Virus record (IMG/VR): IMGVR_UViG_3300038321_000041
Location: 1 to 36,497 of that record
Strand: one strand, 5' to 3'
DNA from: a virus
Taxonomy: Duplodnaviria > Caudoviricetes
DNA: 36,497 nt
The notes beneath the pieces are model-generated. The model was not told where the DNA came from. It saw only the letters and a program-made list of their open reading frames with translations, and made no database searches. Within the stretch, counting starts at the first letter, position 1; every line of letters begins with the position of its first letter. Positions 10,270-19,561 of this stretch are shown one piece after another. Position numbers and translations under genes: made by a program.

Positions 10270-10701
10270 TTAAGGTGTCGCCATTGGGTCTTCGTCCAAC
10301 ATACCTCCATTCACGGTTAACGATCCTGAGAATGTTGCGTCACCCTCGCCAAAGGTTCCGTCAAGACTTGCTATTACCGCCTTGAAGTATTCAGGCGTTA
10401 CTGAGTCAATTGTCTCGTATCTGAATGCTTGCTCCTGCTTTGATTCAATCGCTGTAATCAAATCCTTATAGGTAGCTTTATCAACATCCTCAACTCCCAA
10501 CTTCATGATCTCACCGCTAATATTGACAGTTGTTGAAACGCTGTCCACCTTTGAAGTAGGCACTCCCTTTGTACAGTAATTAACCTTTTGAATGATCTCG
10601 CTCACCCTGTTCGTGGATGTTTCAGTCAAACAAACAATAGGCTTGTAAGCTGAACCAACATACATAGATAGTAATGCTTCTTGTCCTTTAATATTTTCCA
10701 T
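10270..10701 (-). CDS. Major tail (tube) protein
   Basis: 143 aa beta-rich, C-terminal ATFSGSLTVNG motif, canonical position. Confidence 0.8.
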   Translation of the reverse strand: MENIKGQEALLSMYVGSAYKPIVCLTETSTNRVSEIIQKVNYCTKGVPTSKVDSVSTTVNISGEIMKLGVEDVDKATYKDLITAIESKQEQAFRYETIDSVTPEYFKAVIASLDGTFGEGDATFSGSLTVNGGMLDEDPMATP

Positions 10702-10747
10702 ATCCTTTTATTTTTTAATTTTTAATGTTTATATTTTTGTTTATTAA

Positions 10748-11206
10748 TCACCCATTTTTTATGAAATTCAAAATAAATATCTTTGAGAACGCTGTTCGCT
10801 CCGTTGTTATTTCATTAACTGACCTTGATGTAACTAATTCGATTTTATCTATCCCATCAAGTTTACTTCCGTTCCTATCTGTTCTAAGCAAGTTGATTAT
10901 TTCGTCTCCTATGTCTTCTGACAATTTTTTGCCAGCCTGTTTTGTAAATATAGTAATAACTTTAATCGTTAATGAAATATTAAATCGTGGATTGCAATAA
11001 GTCTGAACAGCATTATAAATCATTTGCTGGTCTTGCAATATTATGTATGTTTGCGCTCCATTTATAACAGGCAGTGGCTTCTGTGGATCAATTATAACCC
11101 TCTCATCAAAAACAGGTACGTCAACACCGTTAAACTTATAACCGCTTAACGCTTCCATTATCTTGCCCCTTACAAATGTTATTCTATCCATAATACTATT
11201 TATCAA
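10748..11206 (-). CDS. Tail terminator / tail completion protein
   Basis: Position before tube; VPVFDE..., YIIL motif. Confidence 0.65.
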   Translation of the reverse strand: MINSIMDRITFVRGKIMEALSGYKFNGVDVPVFDERVIIDPQKPLPVINGAQTYIILQDQQMIYNAVQTYCNPRFNISLTIKVITIFTKQAGKKLSEDIGDEIINLLRTDRNGSKLDGIDKIELVTSRSVNEITTERTAFSKIFILNFIKNG

Positions 11207-11672
11207 CTGTTTGCTTATCCATCAACGCCTGCAAATCAGCCTTAAATTTTTCAACATTCTTTAAAAAGTTGTTATAAAGATAAGGTTTTCCCTGCAAAGT
11301 ACCTAATCCATTAACAAAAAATTGCATCGCAATATCCTTCACCCATTGCGGGTAGGGTGCAAGTATCTCCCTTGCACTCAATCCCGTTCCGAACTCGATA
11401 TAAGCCGCCATATCATTACCACCTTTGCCGTCCTCTCTTTTTGCTCCATCAACGGCCACCTCACCGGTCAACCCTTTGTCCCTGAATGATGAAACGATGT
11501 TTATAAATCGTGTATCAATCGGATAACTTGCATCGAAATTCAATGCCCTTTTAGCATCCATTTCAGTATCCTTAATTGCGAACTCAACCAGTTGAACCAC
11601 ATCGCGAAACAGCTGGGTCTTATACAGATCCAAATTCTTTGATAATGTATTTTTAACTGTAATTTTCGGCAT
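11196..11672 (-). CDS. HK97 gp10-like neck protein
   Basis: AAYIEFGT and GKPYLY motifs. Confidence 0.75.
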   Translation of the reverse strand: MPKITVKNTLSKNLDLYKTQLFRDVVQLVEFAIKDTEMDAKRALNFDASYPIDTRFINIVSSFRDKGLTGEVAVDGAKREDGKGGNDMAAYIEFGTGLSAREILAPYPQWVKDIAMQFFVNGLGTLQGKPYLYNNFLKNVEKFKADLQALMDKQTVDK

Positions 11673-11685
11673 AGCTGTATTATTA

Positions 11686-11997
11686 TTAAATAACTGCTTC
11701 TGTCATATTAAACGTGTAAAATCTTGACCGCCTGACAAAATCGACTTGTGGTGTTGACAAAATGGAATATTTCTTGCCTCTCCACTCTATAAGATTATAT
11801 TCAAAAAGCTGTCTTCTTGTCTTAACCCGGTAAGTAGCTGGAAAATTTAACTGTGCCTGCTCGATATCTTTAGAAGTTCTTAACTGCTCAATGCTTGCCC
11901 ATGTTTCAAATTCAACAACATCAACAGGAATACTGCCACCGTATCCGTCTGGTTGCGATCCTTGCGTTATTGCCTTTATTTTTTCCGTTAATCTCAT
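11686..11997 (-). CDS. Head closure (stopper) protein
   Basis: DGYGG, TWASI, IEWRGKKYSI motifs of SPP1 gp16-like family. Confidence 0.8.
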   Translation of the reverse strand: MRLTEKIKAITQGSQPDGYGGSIPVDVVEFETWASIEQLRTSKDIEQAQLNFPATYRVKTRRQLFEYNLIEWRGKKYSILSTPQVDFVRRSRFYTFNMTEAVI

Positions 11998-12002
11998 CTT
12001 TA

Positions 12003-12278
12003 TTAAATCATTGGTGTTGCATTGAAATTAAAGTAAACATCTAAATCTCGCTTACCCTCCATGCTGTCAAACTTGATACCCACATTTCTAACGATTGCCT
12101 CTTTTAATGCTTCATTTATTTCTGCCTCTGTTCTGCCTGTCCTTGCAAGTGCAATTTCAAACTCAGCATCAATCAAAAGCTCTAAATAACTATCATGTGA
12201 GGTGTCATCACAATCAAGACTAAGCGTTAGCTTTGTTTTTTCGAGCAGCTCGCTTTTTAGTGTTGCTTCCATTGTCAA
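12003..12278 (-). CDS. Head-tail connector (gp6/gp15-like adaptor)
   Basis: K..L.LD.DD..HD..LE.LI.A pattern; probable start ATG 12272. Confidence 0.75.
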   Translation of the reverse strand: MTMEATLKSELLEKTKLTLSLDCDDTSHDSYLELLIDAEFEIALARTGRTEAEINEALKEAIVRNVGIKFDSMEGKRDLDVYFNFNATPMI

Positions 12279-12435
12279 CTATTTTTTCAGTTTTAATCTC
12301 CTCTACATCATCCTTTGCCTGCTTCTGCTCAAGTGCAACTCCCATCTTAATTAGATACTTTGCTGTGTCATAATCGGGGTTAATAATATCCCCTTGTTTG
12401 CCCAGCACATGATTCTTTAGTAGTTTTATTTCCAT
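12220..12435 (-). CDS. Small post-capsid protein, N-terminus resembling ribosomal bL9 N-domain pattern
   Basis: MEIKLLK..LGKQGDII....AKYLI..GVA plus basic tail. Confidence 0.6.
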   Translation of the reverse strand: MEIKLLKNHVLGKQGDIINPDYDTAKYLIKMGVALEQKQAKDDVEEIKTEKIVDNGSNTKKRAARKNKANA

Positions 12436-12453
12436 ATCCTTTTAATTTTTTAA

Positions 12454-12485
12454 AATCGGTAGGGTATATTTCAACCCTACCAATT
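12454..12485 (-). terminator. Hairpin after major capsid gene (probable partial terminator)
   Basis: GGTAGGGT-tgaaatat-ACCCTACC followed by GATTTT on minus strand. Confidence 0.6.
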
Positions 12486-12493
12486 AAGTTAAT

Positions 12494-13708
12494 TTACAAA
12501 GTAACCTTCACCATCGCATTAATGTCTTTAGCAACAAATGCCACCATTTCCTCAACTCTGAATGTAACCTTGTTATACAAAACATTGTCGGAGTTCTGTT
12601 CGAACATCCTTAATTCAGGTGACAACCTGTTGATAAATTCAAACTCAGGTGCGCTCACAACATAAGCGGTTCCAGCCGTTAATGTTGGAATAGGAACAAC
12701 CTGTACAGTCGTTTCAATACCGTTTGCATTGAACCCTGATAGCGTGTTGTTAGGTAAATCGTATTCTCCTGATCCTGTAGCCTTGTTCAGTTTCACGTGT
12801 TCAAGATAATCAGCGGGATTCATTAAAACATGAGTTGGATTCATATAATTACCCAACAACTGACTAAATGCGGCGTCAATTAATTTCTCAACTGCAATGG
12901 TTTTAGAACCGCTATAAGCAACTGCATTCGCTGAAAGATAATCGGTTATCAGTTTGTTCTCCCTTGCAAAAATACCGTAACGAGAATAAAGCAAAGTATT
13001 TGCGATGCTACCCTGCAAATATCGAACATTTAACAGTAACTCCCTGTTAACAGTTGTAATCCCTGCTATCCATTTGGGTGTAACTGTGATGTCCTTGTAA
13101 TTAGGTGTTACATCAGGCTTGGGTACGTCTGCACCCAATTCACCTGTTCCTCTTGCCCATTCATCTACTCCTCCTGTAACTGTGCCGAGTTGAGGAATTA
13201 CAATACTTCCAGAATCGGTTGTAATATTAGGAAATATATTCCTTAAATAAAGAGGTGAGTAAGGAGAATTATATAGATCACGTCTTACATCAGTCGTCTG
13301 CCGTCCTAACGCTCCAGTTGCCCAATTTGCATCGGTAACCTCTTTTATGGTGAATGTTTTCTCTCCACCTCTGAACGCCTTAATCGTTTCAGCGTTATCT
13401 ATAATCGCCCCTGAAATTGCATCATGTATTGACATGTTTTTTTCTGTTTTATCGGTTATTTGACCCTGTTTTTTAACCTCTGCCGAAAGTTTATTAATAC
13501 TATCAGTTAACTCTTTCTTCACCGCTTCGATATCTTCCGACTTCGTAGCCTTTTCAAGTTGAGCAGTTAATTCGGTTACCTTATCATTTAATTCCTTAAC
13601 AGATTTTTCGGCTACACCTTTAGCCGCCTCTTCGGCTGTTTTCTTCACATTTTCTAAAGCCTCTTGTTTGGCTTTTTCAAGTTGAGCTTTTTTTTCTTCT
13701 TCCGTCAT
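12494..13708 (-). CDS. Major capsid protein, HK97 fold
   Basis: 404 aa, N-terminal coiled-coil scaffold region, VLMNPADY, VTFRVEE motifs; follows prohead protease. Confidence 0.92.
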   Translation of the reverse strand: MTEEEKKAQLEKAKQEALENVKKTAEEAAKGVAEKSVKELNDKVTELTAQLEKATKSEDIEAVKKELTDSINKLSAEVKKQGQITDKTEKNMSIHDAISGAIIDNAETIKAFRGGEKTFTIKEVTDANWATGALGRQTTDVRRDLYNSPYSPLYLRNIFPNITTDSGSIVIPQLGTVTGGVDEWARGTGELGADVPKPDVTPNYKDITVTPKWIAGITTVNRELLLNVRYLQGSIANTLLYSRYGIFARENKLITDYLSANAVAYSGSKTIAVEKLIDAAFSQLLGNYMNPTHVLMNPADYLEHVKLNKATGSGEYDLPNNTLSGFNANGIETTVQVVPIPTLTAGTAYVVSAPEFEFINRLSPELRMFEQNSDNVLYNKVTFRVEEMVAFVAKDINAMVKVTL

Positions 13709-13712
13709 AATA

Positions 13713-14387
13713 TTAATTCTTAAATAATTCGTAAATATTAGTTATTAATTTATTCGCTGACGGCTCAACTGTTCCGAGTGTGTCCTCACGGCTCGATTCT
13801 TTGAGTGTCAAAAATGTTTCTAAACTCTTTAATATGTTATCTGAAAATTGGCTGTCATACGCTTTTGTAATCGTCTGCCAAAATTTATCTTGTGTCAACT
13901 CTGTTTCTGCCTGAATAGATTTAACCATGTCAACCATTGAAAGCTGGTTGGCCGGTTGCATTGTCAGAACGCTTACCTCATCAAGTTTAAACTCTGTGAT
14001 GATCCGGCTATCCTGTTTATCTCTTTTCATTACCCAACCGCCAATTGAAAAACCACATTCGAAACCATTTTCAAACATGAATTTAGCTTCTTGGTAGGTA
14101 TCTTTCCCTAATTGGGTGTCCATGATAATCTTTGCTTCCATGTACAAGCCGTAAGGATCATAAGCATCAAGTTTTAATGGAACGCCCACAAATTCGTTTG
14201 ACCTATGATTTTTATATATTTTCATTGACTTGTGATTTTCAGAGACAGTTTTCGCAAAGCATCCAAGCCTTGAAATATCACCCTGCAAATCCTCTATATT
14301 GTAAACATTCGCATAGCCTGATAATATTCCATCGCTTGCGCTCTTGAATATATCCGCTTTCTTTATTTTGTAATCCTTTTGTTCCAT
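13713..14387 (-). CDS. HK97-family prohead protease
   Basis: SGYANVYNIED.QGD, NH, GFSIG, L.EVSV...PAN motifs. Confidence 0.92.
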   Translation of the reverse strand: MEQKDYKIKKADIFKSASDGILSGYANVYNIEDLQGDISRLGCFAKTVSENHKSMKIYKNHRSNEFVGVPLKLDAYDPYGLYMEAKIIMDTQLGKDTYQEAKFMFENGFECGFSIGGWVMKRDKQDSRIITEFKLDEVSVLTMQPANQLSMVDMVKSIQAETELTQDKFWQTITKAYDSQFSDNILKSLETFLTLKESSREDTLGTVEPSANKLITNIYELFKN

Positions 14388-14406
14388 ATCGTGCTACAAT
14401 AAAATT

Positions 14407-15198
14407 TTAATTCCTTAATCGTGCATTATAATATGCTTCACTTACATACGTCACCGTGCAGCTGCAATTAACAACATTACGTGCGCTTAAATTCTCAGCG
14501 TGCGGATAGTCGGCATATTCAACACCATACTCATCAATTATCTGAAATTGTTCGTTCTCGGGAATAGCCACCCCATCCAAAGCTACATGATGCGCCCGTG
14601 GATCTTTTGCTCCCCTGTGCATCCATACCTTGTACATCGAAAATTCTCCGACCTCTTCCTTCCACGCCATAGCCGCTTGTCGCTGTGATTCGTTAGCCAT
14701 TTGAGCAACCTCCGTACGTGCTATTCTCATTGCCCTTTGCCTGTCAAACATTTTTAGCTGATCCACTATTTGATTGAACGGCACACCTACATTATTCCTT
14801 AAAACTTCCTGAACCGCTTCTTTAGTAAAATTATCAATAGCGACAATCTTTTGAGCCATACGTGTTTTAACAAAAACTTCCATCCATACCCTCCATGCCG
14901 TGCTGAAAAAGTCCGATACGCTCTTGCTTGTTTTAAGCCCGTTTAAGAGATTGTATTGACTGATGCCTACTGTTAGTCCATCTACTCCATAAAGGTCGCT
15001 AAAAATAGGCTCAAAACGTGAAATAAACGTGCCTGTCTCTATTAATTCATCCCTCTGCCTCTGCAATTCCTTGTAAATTTTTGCACGATATTTCCTCTCC
15101 AAGCGAAACATTCGCCTGTCAAGTGCTGTTTGATACCGTGTAAAAAATCTACTGTTTGCCATATCTGTGGTTTTTTTGTCTATGCTCCGCCCAATCAT
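14407..15198 (-). CDS. Minor head protein (Mu gpF / SPP1 gp7-like)
   Basis: RA.RIARTE, K.W, R..H..LDG, NCSC motifs; probable start ATG 15162. Confidence 0.85.
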   Translation of the reverse strand: MIGRSIDKKTTDMANSRFFTRYQTALDRRMFRLERKYRAKIYKELQRQRDELIETGTFISRFEPIFSDLYGVDGLTVGISQYNLLNGLKTSKSVSDFFSTAWRVWMEVFVKTRMAQKIVAIDNFTKEAVQEVLRNNVGVPFNQIVDQLKMFDRQRAMRIARTEVAQMANESQRQAAMAWKEEVGEFSMYKVWMHRGAKDPRAHHVALDGVAIPENEQFQIIDEYGVEYADYPHAENLSARNVVNCSCTVTYVSEAYYNARLRN

Positions 15199-15427
15199 TG
15201 AACCCCGATATGATCAATACTCCCCATCTGCTACCATAATAGACTGTGTCGTCTTCCCCTAACCAGTAGCAATCAGCTTCCGATTTGTCGCATACCTCGA
15301 ATCTATTGACAGAGTACGGTTTTAAACCTCTTCTTGTCTTATATGGCACACCTATTAAAACTACGCCAACAATAAGTAGGATCGCTATTGCAAATAGTAT
15401 GTATATCATAATCATAATCATAATCAT
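15149..15427 (-). CDS. Small membrane-anchored hypothetical protein inserted between portal and minor head genes
   Basis: Long hydrophobic N-terminus; start within ATGATT hexamer repeat. Confidence 0.55.
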   Translation of the reverse strand: MIMIMIMIYILFAIAILLIVGVVLIGVPYKTRRGLKPYSVNRFEVCDKSEADCYWLGEDDTVYYGSRWGVLIISGFNDWAEHRQKNHRYGKQ

Positions 15428-15434
15428 TCCCTTC

Positions 15435-16796
15435 TTAATTAATAAAATCATTGCCCCCTGAATAATCGCTTAAAGGTATTTTGTTCGTGTCAATGAATAC
15501 CTCATCCGCATAAGGATTGTCGATTGAATCGAAACCATCAATCGCCCTCAACTCGTTCAATGTTAATTTGCCCTCCAAACTCTTGCGCTCTTCAAGTGAC
15601 ATCTGCAATTCATCATATAGGCTTGTATCGTAATCAAGTACATAGTTTACAAATCGTCCGCCCTCCGTCCTGAACGGCTCAACAAGCCAGTTATTAAGTG
15701 CATCCTCCTCCTTATTCAAATATGGAAGTATCACATCTCTGATAAATCTTGCGCCACCCTCTTTCTGGTTTTGATAGGTCGGGTTTTTCTCAAACAGAAC
15801 AGCCGGCACTCCCCACAAGTCGCAAAGGTTGTCTCCCGCTTTTTCAAGGGAATTTATGATATTCAATGCATCAGGTGATAAGCCTATCTGGGTGTATTGA
15901 AGTGGCATACCGCTCACGACAATTTTATTTTTGTTATCTATCCCGTGTATCTTTGCTTCTACTGCATCTTGTGTCGCTTTCGTCTGAGTTGGGTCCATCC
16001 AATTATTCTTATCAGGATGGTTAGGTGAAATAATACCCTTTGCCCCCTCATTCTGTAATGACTTCAACCATGCTTCAATAGCATAGTCATCAAGCTGTAA
16101 GTATTTCAATCCAGCCGTTAATGGTGACATACCCCTGAATTGTGAGCCTTGCATATCAAATAGTGGATTGCTCATTTTAAAATGAAACACATTTTTTAAA
16201 TCTTCATCCCTCCACGTCCTTAACCTCCCATCAGGCATCATGTATTGCCAAGCAACTATCTCATCATTCTTAATAACATGGCTCATTCTTGATGGTGGAA
16301 TGGCATATAACTCTAATGCTATATCAGAATTTAGTGCTGTCTCCCTTATTAAAAATGCTTCACCCTGAACGAAGTAAAACAACCTGAACAACTCGAATAA
16401 GTCAACCCATGTTTGATATGGATTTGGTGTTTCAAGTAATTTAAACAAACTACTATCCTCAGGTGCATATTCCAGTGCTTTCGTGTACAACCGTTTTTTA
16501 ACGTGCTCTATCGGTGTGGCATTGTATTTATTATTCCTATACTTTCTATATTTACGTGCCTTGTCATCACCCGTATCAACGTATAACTCTAAATTTGCAA
16601 CTGCACACTTTTGAATGATCTTCTGAATTATTTTATAGACATTGCCGTTTTGTGTATAACCCTTTTCAATGAAATCTTTTGATTCCCAATTATACAATGT
16701 TAACGGCATGTTATATAACGAAAATTGTAAAGATGAGGTAGAACCTATCGCCTTACTGCTTCGTTGTTTATTCAATCCAAATGCTTTTTTAATCAT
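15435..16796 (-). CDS. Portal protein
   Basis: 453 aa after TerL; GEAF, VFHFK..NP, GMSPL, WGVP, TLNELR..GF motifs. Confidence 0.92.
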   Translation of the reverse strand: MIKKAFGLNKQRSSKAIGSTSSLQFSLYNMPLTLYNWESKDFIEKGYTQNGNVYKIIQKIIQKCAVANLELYVDTGDDKARKYRKYRNNKYNATPIEHVKKRLYTKALEYAPEDSSLFKLLETPNPYQTWVDLFELFRLFYFVQGEAFLIRETALNSDIALELYAIPPSRMSHVIKNDEIVAWQYMMPDGRLRTWRDEDLKNVFHFKMSNPLFDMQGSQFRGMSPLTAGLKYLQLDDYAIEAWLKSLQNEGAKGIISPNHPDKNNWMDPTQTKATQDAVEAKIHGIDNKNKIVVSGMPLQYTQIGLSPDALNIINSLEKAGDNLCDLWGVPAVLFEKNPTYQNQKEGGARFIRDVILPYLNKEEDALNNWLVEPFRTEGGRFVNYVLDYDTSLYDELQMSLEERKSLEGKLTLNELRAIDGFDSIDNPYADEVFIDTNKIPLSDYSGGNDFIN

Positions 16797-16995
16797 CTTC
16801 GCTATATAAATTTATTCCCATAAATACCGTAATTGCCACCCAAAAGATAATGATAGCTAACCTGCTACCTACCCACCAATCGGCAACATCAAAAGTCAAC
16901 TGCACAAATGAAATTGATAAATATAACATCAGTAATGCTATCAATGATAGAATTATGAGTGTCAATAGTGTACTGTATTTTTTATTCAATTTCAT
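16789..16995 (-). CDS. Two-TM membrane protein inserted between TerL and portal
   Basis: MKLNKKYS... two hydrophobic helices; start chosen to avoid overlap with TerL. Confidence 0.6.
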   Translation of the reverse strand: MKLNKKYSTLLTLIILSLIALLMLYLSISFVQLTFDVADWWVGSRLAIIIFWVAITVFMGINLYSEDD

Positions 16996-17011
16996 GTATC
17001 TGTTTACTTGT

Positions 17012-18178
17012 TTAATATATTGAAAATTCAAATTTATTAATCTTGTGCATAACGGCATAGCGTGATGCATCTAAACCGTGATTGTAGGCATCAATGGGCT
17101 TATTAGTCGGATTACCATCTTTGTTCAACGCCCAGCTATACGCCCTTAACTCCTTTATCAAATTAACGCTCCTTTTAGTAACATACATAGGCTTACTTAA
17201 AAGAGTGTCAATACCCTTGATAATGCTGTCCGGACCTTTGACCGCCCCTTTGACATTATACCCAGCGTTGCACATCTCTTGAATGCTTTTAGGCTCTGCA
17301 CTATCCGCTATTATTTCGTCATAGTTTTTTTTAAGCCCTAAACTATCAAACCTCCTAATGATGTCTGAGTTAAGCATCCCTGTTTGATAAATCAGTTCAT
17401 CAACGTAGAAAGCGTCTTCGGTCTCAATTGTTTTAATTAAAGCGGTAGGATCATTCGTAAAACCGAAGTCAAGCCCATAAATAGCTTTTTCTTCTAACTC
17501 CTGCGGTATCCTATCTATCTGATACCAATTAGAAAATATAATACCCTCCGTAACACCATATTCACAATCAAAGTGTATCCGCTTGAAATTCTCATCCCTC
17601 GAAACGCGCATCTCTATTCGGCTTCTCTCTGTCTCAGGTAAAAATGGGTTGTCAGTATAATTAGATTTTATTACAACAGTCTTATCATAATTTGATAGCC
17701 AATTTTCCATCCAAAACTGAGCCGTCGGATTAAAGTCAGCAATAACATTTTCTGAACGCCTTGCCAATTCATCCCATACATCCTTTTTCAAAGAATTGAC
17801 CTCATTACCATACAGATAATCACGCCTCGCACCTAAAGCCTTGTCAATCCTATCAGCCGAGAAAAACTCTATAATAGAGCCCGTCGGTGCGGTCCATCTC
17901 GAAGTGGATATGTTCCAACTTGATTTGCCCCATAACCCCAAAGGCTTGCAAACATTAGATAAAATTCTTATTGCCCCGATGTCAAGGTGCGGTTTTGATT
18001 CTGAAACGATGGTTATAATCAAATCTTTAGAAGTTAATGCTATGGAGAACAAAAACAGAACAATATCATAGGTTTTACCTGAACCAGTACCGCCTCTGTG
18101 AACGATAATCTTGTTACCGGACTCAAAGGCTTGTTGCGTCTTGTAAAAGATCGTGCCTGTCTTTATATCAACATCCAT
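17012..18178 (-). CDS. Terminase large subunit, PBSX/SPP1 family
   Basis: GGTGSGKT Walker A, GNE, DFNP, GLDFGFTNDP, ADSAEP, NHGLDA.RY. Confidence 0.96.
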   Translation of the reverse strand: MDVDIKTGTIFYKTQQAFESGNKIIVHRGGTGSGKTYDIVLFLFSIALTSKDLIITIVSESKPHLDIGAIRILSNVCKPLGLWGKSSWNISTSRWTAPTGSIIEFFSADRIDKALGARRDYLYGNEVNSLKKDVWDELARRSENVIADFNPTAQFWMENWLSNYDKTVVIKSNYTDNPFLPETERSRIEMRVSRDENFKRIHFDCEYGVTEGIIFSNWYQIDRIPQELEEKAIYGLDFGFTNDPTALIKTIETEDAFYVDELIYQTGMLNSDIIRRFDSLGLKKNYDEIIADSAEPKSIQEMCNAGYNVKGAVKGPDSIIKGIDTLLSKPMYVTKRSVNLIKELRAYSWALNKDGNPTNKPIDAYNHGLDASRYAVMHKINKFEFSIY

Positions 18179-18185
18179 AAACTCC

Positions 18186-18560
18186 CTATTTTTTTGTTGA
18201 GTGGTTAGTAAAATTTATTGTCATGCCTGAACCTCCCTCTATCTTATTTTCAATATACTGCTGGTTCAATAACCTGTGCTCCTCTGGAGTACAAATAAGT
18301 CTATACAGAGCCAATAACTCTGCCGCCTTGCTTGACTTGAATAATTTTGCCCTTATTGAAGATTTTGTTCTAATTTTGTTCGCCTCTAACATTTCCTTTA
18401 ATTCTTCATGCTCCTCTCCATCAGGTTTGAAATATTCATAAAATGTAGTATGGTGGCACGGTAGCATAGCTGTAACATCACTAAAGAAGAATAAATTATT
18501 ATTTTTTATAGCTTCTTTTGCCTGCTCAAATAAATCTTCCTTGTTGTATATTTGTGCCAT
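18186..18560 (-). CDS. Terminase small subunit
   Basis: 124 aa directly upstream of TerL; HTH-like N-terminus (TTFYEY). Confidence 0.7.
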   Translation of the reverse strand: MAQIYNKEDLFEQAKEAIKNNNLFFFSDVTAMLPCHHTTFYEYFKPDGEEHEELKEMLEANKIRTKSSIRAKLFKSSKAAELLALYRLICTPEEHRLLNQQYIENKIEGGSGMTINFTNHSTKK

Positions 18561-18562
18561 AA

Positions 18563-19561
18563 TTATTTTAAATTAGAAAACAATCCATATCTGCATAAAT
18601 CAGCATAAATAGGAGTGTTTAAATTATATCTTTCAATTAAATCATCTGGCGATACTGCTAAAGTTTTAGTCTCCAGTATTTTTCTATTTGAGTCCTGAAC
18701 AGTTATATCAATAACTCTACTTCCAATGCAACACGCAATAGAGGAGAACACCTCTCCGTCTATTTTCTCACTCCACTGCTTAGCAATATCTTTTGCAAAC
18801 AAGTTTAATGTCAAATCTGCTTTGCTCCCATCTTTAGTCCAAGGAGAACCGCCGCCAATTTGACAACCATTCCCGTAGAAATCTACCACCAGTTTTCGCC
18901 CAGTTGTTCCGCAGTCTGCAATAGATGAGTGCTTGATATATCGCCCAGTTCCATTTATAATTAATTCGTAATCTCCCTTAATATTGTCCTTAACAAACGC
19001 TTCAACTTCAGAACTCCCCCCCATTAATGGGATGGCAACAATAACCTTTGATATCTTGCCAGACATCGTTACTATTTGAGTTTTTATATCGAGTCCGCCT
19101 AATCCACTTTTAAAAAGTGCAAGACCTAATTCTTTAGCGGTGTAGTGTTCGAACGTGTCCCCATTATATTTATTATTATGATATCCAAAGAATATGCCTT
19201 GGTCACCCCACCCACGGAGTCCTATTGCTATATCATTGCTTTGTTGAGATATGTATGAGTTTATAACCAATTCATCACCAGATATAGCATTATCCAACCA
19301 TGTCTTTTTATATCCATTGTTATACCCTATATCTTCAACTGCACCTCTTACACACTTATAGATATCAACATCAGCTTGGCTATCAACTTCGCCTCCCAAT
19401 GTAACAATGTTGTCCTTAATCTGTACTTCAACAGCATATCTGGTATTACTGTCTTGCCTTATAAACTCATCAAGAACCGTTTGCGATATGTAATCCGCAA
19501 TCTTATCTGGATGTCCTAACGACACATACTCTGAAAATCTTCTCATATTAATTCCATTCAT
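18563..19561 (-). CDS. metK: S-adenosylmethionine synthetase (compact, divergent)
   Basis: GHPDK, GGE, QS.DI, GDQG, D.K.Q, DCG.TGRK...D.YG, GGG...KD.SK.D motifs; alternative start ATG 19546. Confidence 0.93.
   Translation of the reverse strand: MNGINMRRFSEYVSLGHPDKIADYISQTVLDEFIRQDSNTRYAVEVQIKDNIVTLGGEVDSQADVDIYKCVRGAVEDIGYNNGYKKTWLDNAISGDELVINSYISQQSNDIAIGLRGWGDQGIFFGYHNNKYNGDTFEHYTAKELGLALFKSGLGGLDIKTQIVTMSGKISKVIVAIPLMGGSSEVEAFVKDNIKGDYELIINGTGRYIKHSSIADCGTTGRKLVVDFYGNGCQIGGGSPWTKDGSKADLTLNLFAKDIAKQWSEKIDGEVFSSIACCIGSRVIDITVQDSNRKILETKTLAVSPDDLIERYNLNTPIYADLCRYGLFSNLK

Noticed and set aside
12220-12435. True ribosomal protein bL9 gene (rplI)
   Set aside because: Lacks the GY..N signature and the C-terminal domain
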